Origin: Acidobacteriota bacterium
Lineage (GTDB): Bacteria > Acidobacteriota > Vicinamibacteria > Vicinamibacterales > SCN-69-37
Length of the DNA: 64,000 nucleotides
NCBI GenBank assembly: GCA_039933635.1
Contig: JBDTNQ010000001.1
Coordinates: 27,967 to 91,966 of the forward strand
Direction of reading: 5' to 3'
Under the pieces are notes generated by a model. That model searched no databases. It saw only the letters and a list, made by a program, of their open reading frames with translations, and was not told the origin of the DNA. Shown here piece by piece: positions 36,183-45,320 of this stretch. Position 1 is the first letter of the stretch. Each line of letters opens with the position of its first letter. The translations under genes were made by a program, and so were the position numbers.

Positions 36183-37681
36183 CGCTGAGGGGGCGGGAGA
36201 GGGCCAATGTCCGGCACTGGATCGGTGCCCCGCTTTTCAGCGGTCACGGCACAGTCAGACGCGAGTGGGCTCGCAACTTCTTGGTGTCCCCGCCCTCCGT
36301 TAGCGCATTCGAGCCGTGCCCGCGTCGGGAAGTGTGCAAAGGCCCTGGCGAGATCGATTCGTGTCGGCTCAGCGCGCTGCCCGGACGCGAGCTGCTCCCA
36401 TTGCCAGCGCCACACCTCCTCAAACTTGGGAACGATCACGTTCCAATCGAAATGCGCGATCGCACGGGAACGGCCGGCCTCGCCCATGCGGCGGCGGCAC
36501 TGTTCGTCTAGGAGCAACTGTCGTGTGGCAGCCATGAACGCCTCAAAATCGACGGAAGTCGCCTGGCTTAGCGCGCGTCTCGTCACCGCCTTGCTCTGCC
36601 ACGCCGCCCGTCGAGAGACGTCCGCCACGTGCGGCTGGCACCAGTGTGTTGGAATCAGCAAGCCCGTCTGTCCGTGCGAAACAATGTCGCGATATCCGCT
36701 CCAGTCCGACGCGACGACGGGCAGGCCGCAGGACATGGCCTCGAGCAGTGCGATGCCGAACGTCTCCTGGATGTTGTCCGAGGGCGAGACGCACACATCC
36801 CCGGCCGAGTAGATGTAGGTCTTCAAGTAGGGCGGGAAGTTCGGGACGATCGTGCAGGCAGTGCCCACGCCGGCCGTTGCAGCGGCCGTGCGCAACCGGT
36901 CCGCCCAGATGTTGTCGCAGTCCTGCCCGGCCACGAGCAGGTGGACGTCAATGCCGTCCTGTCGCAGCCTGCTGACGAGGCGGATCAAGACCGACAGGTC
37001 CGCCTTGTCGTCCCACGTCAACCGGCCGACATACACGAGGACGATCGCGTCGTCTGGGACCCGCAGCAACTGACGGGAGTGGCGCCGATCACGCGGGATC
37101 AACGCCTGCGTGTCGATGCCGATCGGGATTGTGTGAATAGCGGGTCCGTCCCCAGCTTGGCGGCGTCGGCCGAATCCGCGCGCCGCCAGACTGTCGGTGA
37201 CATCAGCCAGCAAGGTCTCGACCGTCGTCCGCCCGGCGACGCTGCTGATCACGATGGCGTCAAAAGCGTGGCCGAAGAGCAGCGTGTCAAGATACACGTC
37301 GAGGGACAGGTCGACGGTCGTAACGCACGCGCAGATCGAGAGACGGGCCCCGGTGCTCGCACGCAGCCGCCCTAACCCGCCGAACGCCAAGTGCTGATGA
37401 CAGAAGAGATAGTCGTGTCTAAGGATCTCAGCCGGCAGATCAGCGGCCGACCGTCGTCGCACGGTGGAGGGAATGCCTGTCGTCGTTCGATGCTGGCCGT
37501 CTTCGAAGTGGAACACGGCATAGCCGTCGGAACGCCGGGCGACCTGCTCGAGCAGGTCGTGTGCGAAGACCCATGTCCCGTTGCGATCGGCGGTCGACGT
37601 GGCGTGATGGTGGCGGACGTAAGGATCGATCCACCCGAGTCGCCGGCGCGGTTCCGTATCCCGACTAGTGACGTCGTTCAT
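36179..37681 (-). CDS. GT-B glycosyltransferase (Glycos_transf_1, GT4-like), 500 aa
   Basis: C-terminal E-x7-E region ETFGIALLEAMSCGLPVVASDWSGYRDIV..GQTGLL. 17-nt overlap with the cyclase gene. Confidence 0.8.
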   Translation of the reverse strand: MNDVTSRDTEPRRRLGWIDPYVRHHHATSTADRNGTWVFAHDLLEQVARRSDGYAVFHFEDGQHRTTTGIPSTVRRRSAADLPAEILRHDYLFCHQHLAFGGLGRLRASTGARLSICACVTTVDLSLDVYLDTLLFGHAFDAIVISSVAGRTTVETLLADVTDSLAARGFGRRRQAGDGPAIHTIPIGIDTQALIPRDRRHSRQLLRVPDDAIVLVYVGRLTWDDKADLSVLIRLVSRLRQDGIDVHLLVAGQDCDNIWADRLRTAAATAGVGTACTIVPNFPPYLKTYIYSAGDVCVSPSDNIQETFGIALLEAMSCGLPVVASDWSGYRDIVSHGQTGLLIPTHWCQPHVADVSRRAAWQSKAVTRRALSQATSVDFEAFMAATRQLLLDEQCRRRMGEAGRSRAIAHFDWNVIVPKFEEVWRWQWEQLASGQRAEPTRIDLARAFAHFPTRARLECANGGRGHQEVASPLASDCAVTAEKRGTDPVPDIGPLPPPQR

Positions 37682-39452
37682 GGCGCCACGGGTGCCGTTG
37701 CAAGTCTTTCAGCCAGCGCTCGACCGCGATCAGACGCAGCACAGAGAATGCGTCCGTTCCGATTCCCATCCGCACCTGCTCAAGGGCGTCGCGCGTCCTG
37801 CGATAGTCGACGTAACCTTCCCTCACGACGTTCGCGCGCGGAGAAATTAGCTGCAGCAGTGGCGTCCACTCCCGAGTCAGGGCGCGACAGACGTACCCGT
37901 CACCGCTTACTTTCGTGGTGCGCGTGGCGACAGCGGACGGCAGCAGTCGGCCGATACTAGCCCGCTGCAACGTGCGTGTCTGGCCGGCCGTGACCTTCCT
38001 GTCAAACGGCATCGCGAGCATGAACTGAACGACGCGGCGATCCAGGAAAGGGCTACAAACGTCTATGTCAGCGGTCGTACGGAACGAGTGATAAGCGCTC
38101 ACCCGCATGGCCTGCGCGATGTGCCGTCTGGACACGCGCCAGGCGTTGCTGGCATGTCGATCGGCCTCGCCGTCACGGACGGACTGGCGCGAAGTGTGCG
38201 AATCGGGCGTCAGCCAGCCTGGCAGCGGAAGACGGACCCGCTTCCACGATTTCACCAGGTCCCGATGCAGCACCTGCCAGTACGTTAGGCCTGTCGCAGC
38301 GGCTATGGCCCGGGCCGTTCGATGGCAGACGCTCAGTTGGCCGCGCCGGAGCTCGTCGACAAGGTGTGGGGCCGTGGACAGACTCCACATGACGGCATCC
38401 CCGCCATGACCTCGCAGCAGACAAGCGCCGCCTTCGCCCTTTAATAGTCGGGACACATGAAGTGTGCGGCCGAGGTTCGGAATGGGACGCGGAAAGGGCG
38501 CGGTCTCGTCAAACCCGAAGGCCGTATAGTCTCGCTCGCCGATCTGCTTATTCACGACCGATGTCGCGCGGACAACGGCCTCCATGTAAGGGCGTTCATC
38601 GTCGGGATGTCCGGCATCGTGCACATACGAAAGCGTCTTCGGCGTACCGAGGGCCTGTTCTTGGGCAATGCGAGCGGCAATGCAGACGACTGAGGAGGAA
38701 TCGAGGCCGCCGCTCAGTTCCGCCCAAGTGCCGGGACGAAGACGGCATCGCACAGCCTCACGGAGCCGGTCCCACAGAGCCTCTTCGTAGTCGGCGCCTC
38801 GTCGAAACTCGACGCGATCCTCGGGAGAGGGCAACCATCCGATCGAGCGGCGAATTCCCGATGAGGTGAATTGCAGAACGTACCCGGGCGGCACGACGGA
38901 CACGTCGAGATACGGCGATTGATCCTGGGCGGGATCGTCGGCGATGAAGCGATAGACGTAGGCGCGGTCCACCGCGGGCGCCGCCTCCGTCGTGAAGAAC
39001 GAGCGCAGATCGGAAGACCACTCGATGGTGTCGCCGCGCCGCTTGAAGTAAAGGGGGCGCGCCCCGGCGAAGTCTCTGGCAAGGATCATGGTCCGGGCGT
39101 CCCGGTGCCACAGCGCGACGGCCCAGTCACCAATCAAGCGCTCGAAGGCCTCCGCCCCCCAGGTGACGTAAGCGGCAGTCACGACCGCTTCGTCGTCGCA
39201 TTGCCGCGAGTCGAGCCCCAAGCGGGCGACCAGTGACTCCTTGTTGTCTAGCCGTCCGTCCCACATGATCGATGGCATCCCGGTGCCATCGACGGGTGCG
39301 CTCCACCCCGAAACGGCAGACGCTGTCGGACGTGGAGGCTGACCCGCGCCAAGCCGGATTCTGGCATCGGTGGCCCGGCCATTGCTGAAATCGGCCCAGC
39401 CAGCCACACGCGGGCTCCATGCGTCGAACACCGAGCGCGACACGGCGTTCAT
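37665..39452 (-). CDS. Asparagine-synthetase-like lasso peptide cyclase (C protein)
   Basis: 595 aa. PP-loop ELSGGLDSSSV; N-terminal AsnB-like domain (IGDWAVALW...ILARDFAGARPLYF). ATGA overlap with B2. Confidence 0.85.
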   Translation of the reverse strand: MNAVSRSVFDAWSPRVAGWADFSNGRATDARIRLGAGQPPRPTASAVSGWSAPVDGTGMPSIMWDGRLDNKESLVARLGLDSRQCDDEAVVTAAYVTWGAEAFERLIGDWAVALWHRDARTMILARDFAGARPLYFKRRGDTIEWSSDLRSFFTTEAAPAVDRAYVYRFIADDPAQDQSPYLDVSVVPPGYVLQFTSSGIRRSIGWLPSPEDRVEFRRGADYEEALWDRLREAVRCRLRPGTWAELSGGLDSSSVVCIAARIAQEQALGTPKTLSYVHDAGHPDDERPYMEAVVRATSVVNKQIGERDYTAFGFDETAPFPRPIPNLGRTLHVSRLLKGEGGACLLRGHGGDAVMWSLSTAPHLVDELRRGQLSVCHRTARAIAAATGLTYWQVLHRDLVKSWKRVRLPLPGWLTPDSHTSRQSVRDGEADRHASNAWRVSRRHIAQAMRVSAYHSFRTTADIDVCSPFLDRRVVQFMLAMPFDRKVTAGQTRTLQRASIGRLLPSAVATRTTKVSGDGYVCRALTREWTPLLQLISPRANVVREGYVDYRRTRDALEQVRMGIGTDAFSVLRLIAVERWLKDLQRHPWRHERRH

Positions 39453-39868
39453 ACCTGATCTATGACGGTGAACTGCGTCAGGTCCTCAGCGAAACCAAAG
39501 ACCTGCCGATCGCTCACTACCCAGGCATGCGCAAAGAAAGGCGCCACTCTGACGCCGATCTTCATCTGCGCAGGCACCGAGTGCCGCCGGAGAATCCTGG
39601 TGAAGACGGCGGCGCGACCCAGACAGCGGACGTTCCGCGGCAGGCAGTCCAGAGTCCGCTCAATGACGGCCACGTGGATCTTGAGATCTCGCTGGGGTGC
39701 CCCCGACGCAACTGCCGTGTCCCGCACCCACGCGCGAACGCCTCCGAATCCCCGGAACCGCAGGATCGCCAAGTACGCGCAGGCCTCGCCCACGGCAAGC
39801 ACGACATATTGCAGTTTGGAGGCGGTCGACACCACGTGTTTCCCCTGCGTTCCCGAAGTGACAGCCAT
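39449..39868 (-). CDS. Transglutaminase-like leader peptidase (lasso peptide B2)
   Basis: ATG at 39868 (M82 of the ORF). CLPRNVRCLGRAAVFTRILRRHSVPAQMKIGV....FFAHAWVVSD matches the Cys/His/Asp core of the PF13471-type B2 family. Confidence 0.8.
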   Translation of the reverse strand: MAVTSGTQGKHVVSTASKLQYVVLAVGEACAYLAILRFRGFGGVRAWVRDTAVASGAPQRDLKIHVAVIERTLDCLPRNVRCLGRAAVFTRILRRHSVPAQMKIGVRVAPFFAHAWVVSDRQVFGFAEDLTQFTVIDQV

Positions 39869-39900
39869 CCTGGCGAGCGGGTCGCCAGGATGGCTGGCGT

Positions 39901-40008
39901 CTACACCATGCGCGTCTCGTTGTCCGCGTCGAGGATGCTCGAACCTCCGCCGAGGACGAGTACAGCCGCATTGCCCAGACGAACGATCGTTGGCTTCACG
40001 TAAACCAT
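39901..40008 (-). CDS. Candidate lasso peptide precursor (35 aa)
   Basis: ATG at 40008 is preceded by GGGAGGTGG at 6 nt. The sequence is MVYVKPTIVRLGNAAVLVLGGGSSILDADNETRMV. The leader fits Y-x2-P-x-(L/I)-x3-G-x5-(T)-x. The core starts with Gly and has Asp at core position 8. The gene lies 32 nt upstream of B2. Confidence 0.65.
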   Translation of the reverse strand: MVYVKPTIVRLGNAAVLVLGGGSSILDADNETRMV

Positions 40009-40493
40009 AGCGTGCCACCTCCCTTCGAATCGCAATATGCCCGATACCATCGCTCCGCCTGTCACCGCGCCGGCTGCGCCAGGACGGTCGCGTTCGCGCG
40101 CGTGAGAACAAAGTCGGCAGAGATGATTGGCTCGCACAGTGTCTGGCTGCTTTTGAACAATGTCAAGACCAAAATCGACTCAGATCACATTACTACTGTG
40201 TACGACTAAGTATGAATATGCGACTCTATACGACAGTATGCGACGGGCAACGACACGAGCGACAGGAAGTACTTAGACTCCGGTTGACGGATTGCCAGAA
40301 GCCTATTGGCGAGGCACCCGAAGGCATGGCAGAACAAGTTCGCCGGCCGTTGCGAACGTAAAGAACCAGAAAGATTCTATCTACAAACTGCTACTGCTCG
40401 AAGAATCCGCTTGACACACAATGGATGACGCAAGACCATCGCCAGAAGAACAAAGCTCTTCGTGCTAGCTGGAACGCAAGCGGTTCGCCGTTC

Positions 40494-42392
40494 ATGACTA
40501 CACATCGTCTCGACGTGCCGGCGCTCGTCGCCACTCTTCTTGCCCTCGCGGCGCCCCTTGGCCTCCGCGCCTCCGTGGCCCCATCGGACCGTCCACAGGA
40601 CGCTCCCACCTTTCGCACCACAACCAACATCCTCCAGCTCGACGTCACCGTACTCGGCAAGGATAATCGTCCCATCTCCAATCTGACGGCGGCCGATTTC
40701 GTTGTCACCGAAGACCGCACGCCACGGTCCGTCGTTGCCGTCAACTGGGTCGACGTTCCGCGACCCGATCCGGCTCGCGCGTCCTGGGTGCGCGATGTGG
40801 CGCCCGACACCATGTCCAGCCTCGCCCCATTTGGCCGCCTCCTCGTGTTCGTGATCGACGATGGCACGACCGGCTGGAATCCGGCTGTCGGCAGAGATCC
40901 GTGGATCCTGCAGACTGGCAAGAGGATTGTCCGCGATGTAATCGACGGCCTGGGGCCTGCAGATCTGGGGGCGGTGGTGTTCACGTATCTCGGGCGCAAC
41001 CAGGAATTCACAAGGGATCACGGTAAGCTGCTCAAGGCCGTTGACTCCTACGTCCCGCAGGCGGGCGCGGGCAATGCGCTCAATGTGCCACTGGGATGCT
41101 CGTTCACCGGCCGGTACGGCTGCACCTTCGAGACGCTCCAACACGTTGTCGACGCGCTGCCGTCGTCTCCGCCCGCGCGCAAGCTGATCGTCTTCATCAG
41201 TCAGGGCTTCAACCTCGTGCCGGATTTTTCGAACGACGCATTGGCGCGGTTGACGCCCGAGGGCCTGGGCCAACCGAGTGCACCGGCCGCAGCCGCCTTC
41301 TACCGGCAGCTCCAGGCAACGAACACAACGATCTACGCATTCAGTCCCGGAGGCCTTCAAACGATCGGCGGTGAGAACGAGCACGCGCTGCGGGACCTGG
41401 CCGAGAGCACGGGCGGCCGGGCGTTCTCCGGCAACGAGCCGTGGACCGGCGTACCCGCCATGCTCGAGGAAGAGAGCGGGTACTACGTCATTGGCGTGCA
41501 GACGGACGCACGCGACGGCAAGTTCCATCTTCTGCACGTGGAGGTGACCCAGCCCGATGCCGTCGTCAGAGCGCGCAGAGGCTACGTGGCGCCCGCCCCC
41601 GCGGAATCTTCGCGTGCGACGACCCAGGTGGCCGATCTGGACGGGGCGGTGAGTGGGAGCCTGCCAGTGGGCGGCCGCGAGGTCGTCGCCGCAGCCGTGA
41701 CCTTCGCCGACCCGGTGTCCGCCGATGGCATCGTCCGGCTGCTTGCGCTGGCCCGTACCGATCCTGGCGTACGGGGGCCGCTTCGCGTGAAGATCGCGGC
41801 ATTCGATTCCACCTGGGAGCCACGTGCGGGCCAGACGGCGACGATCGCGGTGCCGGAGGGCGCCGCCCGGCAGCTTGTGACGACGGAGGTCCGCCTGCGC
41901 CCGGGCCGGTACCAGCTCCGGCTCGCTGCCGAACAGAACGGACGCCTCGGCGCAGTCTTCGTCGACGCCGAGATTCCGGACTTCTCACGGAACGCGCTCT
42001 CGACATCCACGCTGATTCTTCTGCCTGAGCTTCCCGGCGGATCGTCACCGGCGGCATCGTTCGGCGCGATCGTCCGACGGGCCGAACTCGGGCGGACATT
42101 CAGACGGACGGACGCTGTTGTCCCGTTTCTCGAGATTTATCAGAAGGGTCGGCCGGCCACCGTGAACGTCGACTTCGTCATTGTTGACGACGCCGGTCGG
42201 GTGCGGGTGACAGCGCGCGAGACCATTGCGCCAGACGCGTTCACGTCCGCTCCTCGATGGCGACTGAGCCGCGCGCGAGTCGGGCATCCGCTCGACCTTC
42301 GTGGTCTGCCCGCCGGCGAATACCTGCTCACCGCGGCAGTAACATCTGGGCCTTCAACATCCGAGCAGAAGATTCGTCTTCAGGTGCAATAA
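40494..42392 (+). CDS. VWA-domain protein, 'VWFA-related acidobacterial domain' type
   Basis: ATG at 40494 gives a signal peptide. FRTTTNILQLDVTVLGKDNRPISNLTAADFVVTEDRTPRSV resembles the TIGR03436-type N-terminus, followed by a VWA region. Confidence 0.75.
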   Translation: MTTHRLDVPALVATLLALAAPLGLRASVAPSDRPQDAPTFRTTTNILQLDVTVLGKDNRPISNLTAADFVVTEDRTPRSVVAVNWVDVPRPDPARASWVRDVAPDTMSSLAPFGRLLVFVIDDGTTGWNPAVGRDPWILQTGKRIVRDVIDGLGPADLGAVVFTYLGRNQEFTRDHGKLLKAVDSYVPQAGAGNALNVPLGCSFTGRYGCTFETLQHVVDALPSSPPARKLIVFISQGFNLVPDFSNDALARLTPEGLGQPSAPAAAAFYRQLQATNTTIYAFSPGGLQTIGGENEHALRDLAESTGGRAFSGNEPWTGVPAMLEEESGYYVIGVQTDARDGKFHLLHVEVTQPDAVVRARRGYVAPAPAESSRATTQVADLDGAVSGSLPVGGREVVAAAVTFADPVSADGIVRLLALARTDPGVRGPLRVKIAAFDSTWEPRAGQTATIAVPEGAARQLVTTEVRLRPGRYQLRLAAEQNGRLGAVFVDAEIPDFSRNALSTSTLILLPELPGGSSPAASFGAIVRRAELGRTFRRTDAVVPFLEIYQKGRPATVNVDFVIVDDAGRVRVTARETIAPDAFTSAPRWRLSRARVGHPLDLRGLPAGEYLLTAAVTSGPSTSEQKIRLQVQ

Positions 42393-43288
42393 TGACGTTT
42401 GTCACGATCGCGACGAGACGCTATCTACCGATGGCGCTGCAGCTCGCGGCTACCATTCGTGCCGCCGACCGTTCGGCTGAGATCTGGCTGTGGCTGGCCG
42501 AACCGCCCCAGGCTTGTTGCGTGGTGCCGGAAGGGCTCTTCGACCGGGTCCTCGTGGCGGAGGAATGGATCGGCACGGCGATGCGGGAGTTCGTCCGGTC
42601 CCATGACGAACTGGAAGCGTGTTGCGGGTTGAAGCCCACCGTGCTGCTAACGACCATGGACCTCAAGCGTGAGGAGCGCCAGTTCGTCCTCATCGATGGC
42701 GATGCCTGGGTCTTTGGCCCCTTCGACGAGGTCGCGCGGGCCCTCCAGACGTCAGACGTCGTCCTGACGCCGCACCTGCTCGAGGCCGAGGCGACACGGG
42801 CGGCAAGCGATGATCTAAGAAAGAGCCTGCGATGGGGCGTCTGTAATCTTGGCTTCATCGCGGTCCGGCAGGGAGCGCGCGGCCGCGAAGTCCTGGAGTG
42901 GTGGCGTGAGCGCTGCCTGGATGCGTGTACGGTCGATCCGGCGTCGGGCCTCTTTCTGGATCAGAAGTGGATGGACCTCGCGCTGGCGTTCGACGGTGTC
43001 GCCGCCTTGCGCCATCCTGGCTACAACGTCAATCCGACGAACGCGGCGGCCCGGGGCGTGTCGAGTGCGGGGGGCAGACTGGTCGCTGGAGCAGATCGCC
43101 TGCCCGTTCGGTTCGTCCACTTCTGCGGATTTGGTCGAAGCGTACGTCCGACGACAATCTTCGACGCGTGCAACGAAGGCTCGCCTCTCAGGCGCCTCGT
43201 CGAGGAGTACGACGCCGTGCTGCAGAAGATGGATTTCGCGGTGACTAGGACACGGCCGTGGGGCTACGCGAGTGCCCTCAACGGGTGA
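42392..43288 (+). CDS. Putative GT-A-fold nucleotide-sugar transferase
   Basis: The ATG overlaps the TAA of the VWA gene. DxD-like FVLIDGDAWVF; FLDQKWMDL motif. The family assignment is tentative. Confidence 0.45.
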   Translation: MTFVTIATRRYLPMALQLAATIRAADRSAEIWLWLAEPPQACCVVPEGLFDRVLVAEEWIGTAMREFVRSHDELEACCGLKPTVLLTTMDLKREERQFVLIDGDAWVFGPFDEVARALQTSDVVLTPHLLEAEATRAASDDLRKSLRWGVCNLGFIAVRQGARGREVLEWWRERCLDACTVDPASGLFLDQKWMDLALAFDGVAALRHPGYNVNPTNAAARGVSSAGGRLVAGADRLPVRFVHFCGFGRSVRPTTIFDACNEGSPLRRLVEEYDAVLQKMDFAVTRTRPWGYASALNG

Positions 43289-45317
43289 GTACGTGAGCTC
43301 GCGACGTCGCGCCCGGGATGCTCGACCGCCGCGCCGACGCCGGCGCCTCGCCGTCGTGACCCGCGAATGGCCGGGCGTCACGCCGGTGTCGACGATTGGA
43401 TACGTTCAGGCCGCGCTGGCGCATGATCGCGCCCGACGCGGCGCGGATGTCACGGTCCTGCTCGTGTCCGAGGGCACCGTGCTACAGCAGCCAGCCACTG
43501 TCCACCTGAACGACCGGTTGCATTTGGTTCATTTTTCGATCCCCAATCGCCCGTCCTTCAGCGGCCCATCCGGTGCCCATCACATCTACCAGCGGCTGAT
43601 CGGTGACCCGTGGGATGAGCTGTTCTTCGTCGAGCGGGGTGGTGATGCATATTGTGTCGTTCAGGCGAAATACCTCGGATTGGGATTTCGAAACTCGCGC
43701 GTCACGGTGGCTGTTCATGGTCCGACGGTCTGGTCCGAACTGAGTGCGGGCCGCCCCATCGCCGACAACACGCTGCTCGAGCGCGATTGGCTCGAGCGAC
43801 AGAGCGTTGCGCTGGCCGATCGCGTCGTGCTTCCATCCACCGAACATCGCCGCTGGTTGAGACAGTGGGAATGGACGTCGAAAGGCACTGTAGAGATCGA
43901 CGCCGGCTGGCTGGAATCCGCAGGAAGCCATAGCTCCGCTGAACACCGGCCCCATGTGCATCCTGTGTTCGGCATCGCGTTCATCGTGTCGGCCGGGCAT
44001 TGGGCGTCGGCTGTCGCTTTGCGACGTGCCCTGATTCAGGTGACGCGCTCAGGAGTGATCACGCCCGATCGACTCGCGATCGAGTTTCGACAGACGGAAT
44101 TCTCGGCTCCGGTGGCGAACGAGTGGATGCGGTTGGTCCGGCAGTCGTGTCCTGATATCCAGCAGGTCGATGCCCAGAGCTCGGCGGGTGGCGATCCGGC
44201 ATGGCTTCCGTGTGTCATGCCGTCGTCGACGTTCTATCCTCACGAGACCCTACAGCTTCTCAGAACCGGCCGACCGTTCGTCGTCGTCTCGCCAGAGCCA
44301 ATGCGGTCTATCCGCCCGTCTGATCGGGCAGCCGCCGCGGCCGCGTTCGATGCGGATTCAATCGCGAGCCTGTGTTGCAGAGTGCTGGCGGGAGGGGTTC
44401 GTAGTCCGTATCCGGCGACGCCGAACCTGCATACCGCCAGGCTCCGGGGTAGGGTGACGACGAGGCCGCGGGCGCTCGAACGCAACGATCCGCGCTGGAC
44501 GCCGAAGGTGTCCGTGATCATCGGAACGCTCAACCGACCGCGCGCGCTTCTTCAAGCCGTCGACTCGATTCGCGCGCAGACTTACCCCGAGATCGAGCTG
44601 ATCGTGATCGACGACGGCAGCGACGCGGGCGATGCCATGGCCGTACTCGATGCGCTGGCCGGTGATTTCGAGGCGCGTACGTGGAAGATCCTGCGACGTC
44701 AGCCCGGTGCCTCCGGGCTTGCGCGCAACATGGCGGCCGCCCTCGCAACCGGCGAATGGCTGTTGTTCATGGACGATGATAACGTCGCGAAGCCTGAGGA
44801 GGTGGACGTGTTCGTGCGCGCCGCAGTTCACTCAGGAGCTGACATCCTGGTTTGTGGCTACGACGCCTTCGAGGGGCAGGGATCCGCTCCGCCGGCGGTG
44901 CCCATTGTGCAGCGGTGGATGCCCTTCGGCGCCGCGCTACCGATCGCTCTCCTTGAGAACCGGGTCGGCGATGCCAACATGTGCGTGCGGCGCGCGGTGT
45001 TCACGAAGCTCGGCGGCTTTGCCCACCCGCCAGGGTCCGGCATGCTCGAGGATTGGGGCTTTCTGCTGAAAGCCATGGCCGCTGGCGTATCGGTTGAAGT
45101 CGTGCCTGAGTGTCTCTACTTCTACCGCCGGGTAGCTCGACCTGAACGCTCGCTAGTACGCGACAACGTGGGACTGCTGGCAGCGATCGGTCCCCTGATC
45201 TCGACGCTTCGGCCCGCAGAGAGGCTGCTGGCCATCTACGCCGCCGCGCTGCCTCGCGCGGTTCAGCGCAGGCTCGAAGCGTCGACGCAACAGCGTCCGC
45301 CCGACTTCCAGGGGTGA
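43272..45317 (+). CDS. Two-domain glycosyltransferase: N-terminal GT-B-like, C-terminal GT2
   Basis: GT2 motifs VSVIIGTLNRP...IELIVIDDGSD...LLFMDDDN. The N-terminal half is GT4-like (RLAVVTREWPGVTPVSTIGY). Confidence 0.7.
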   Translation: MPSTGEYVSSRRRARDARPPRRRRRLAVVTREWPGVTPVSTIGYVQAALAHDRARRGADVTVLLVSEGTVLQQPATVHLNDRLHLVHFSIPNRPSFSGPSGAHHIYQRLIGDPWDELFFVERGGDAYCVVQAKYLGLGFRNSRVTVAVHGPTVWSELSAGRPIADNTLLERDWLERQSVALADRVVLPSTEHRRWLRQWEWTSKGTVEIDAGWLESAGSHSSAEHRPHVHPVFGIAFIVSAGHWASAVALRRALIQVTRSGVITPDRLAIEFRQTEFSAPVANEWMRLVRQSCPDIQQVDAQSSAGGDPAWLPCVMPSSTFYPHETLQLLRTGRPFVVVSPEPMRSIRPSDRAAAAAAFDADSIASLCCRVLAGGVRSPYPATPNLHTARLRGRVTTRPRALERNDPRWTPKVSVIIGTLNRPRALLQAVDSIRAQTYPEIELIVIDDGSDAGDAMAVLDALAGDFEARTWKILRRQPGASGLARNMAAALATGEWLLFMDDDNVAKPEEVDVFVRAAVHSGADILVCGYDAFEGQGSAPPAVPIVQRWMPFGAALPIALLENRVGDANMCVRRAVFTKLGGFAHPPGSGMLEDWGFLLKAMAAGVSVEVVPECLYFYRRVARPERSLVRDNVGLLAAIGPLISTLRPAERLLAIYAAALPRAVQRRLEASTQQRPPDFQG

Positions 45318-45320
45318 CCC

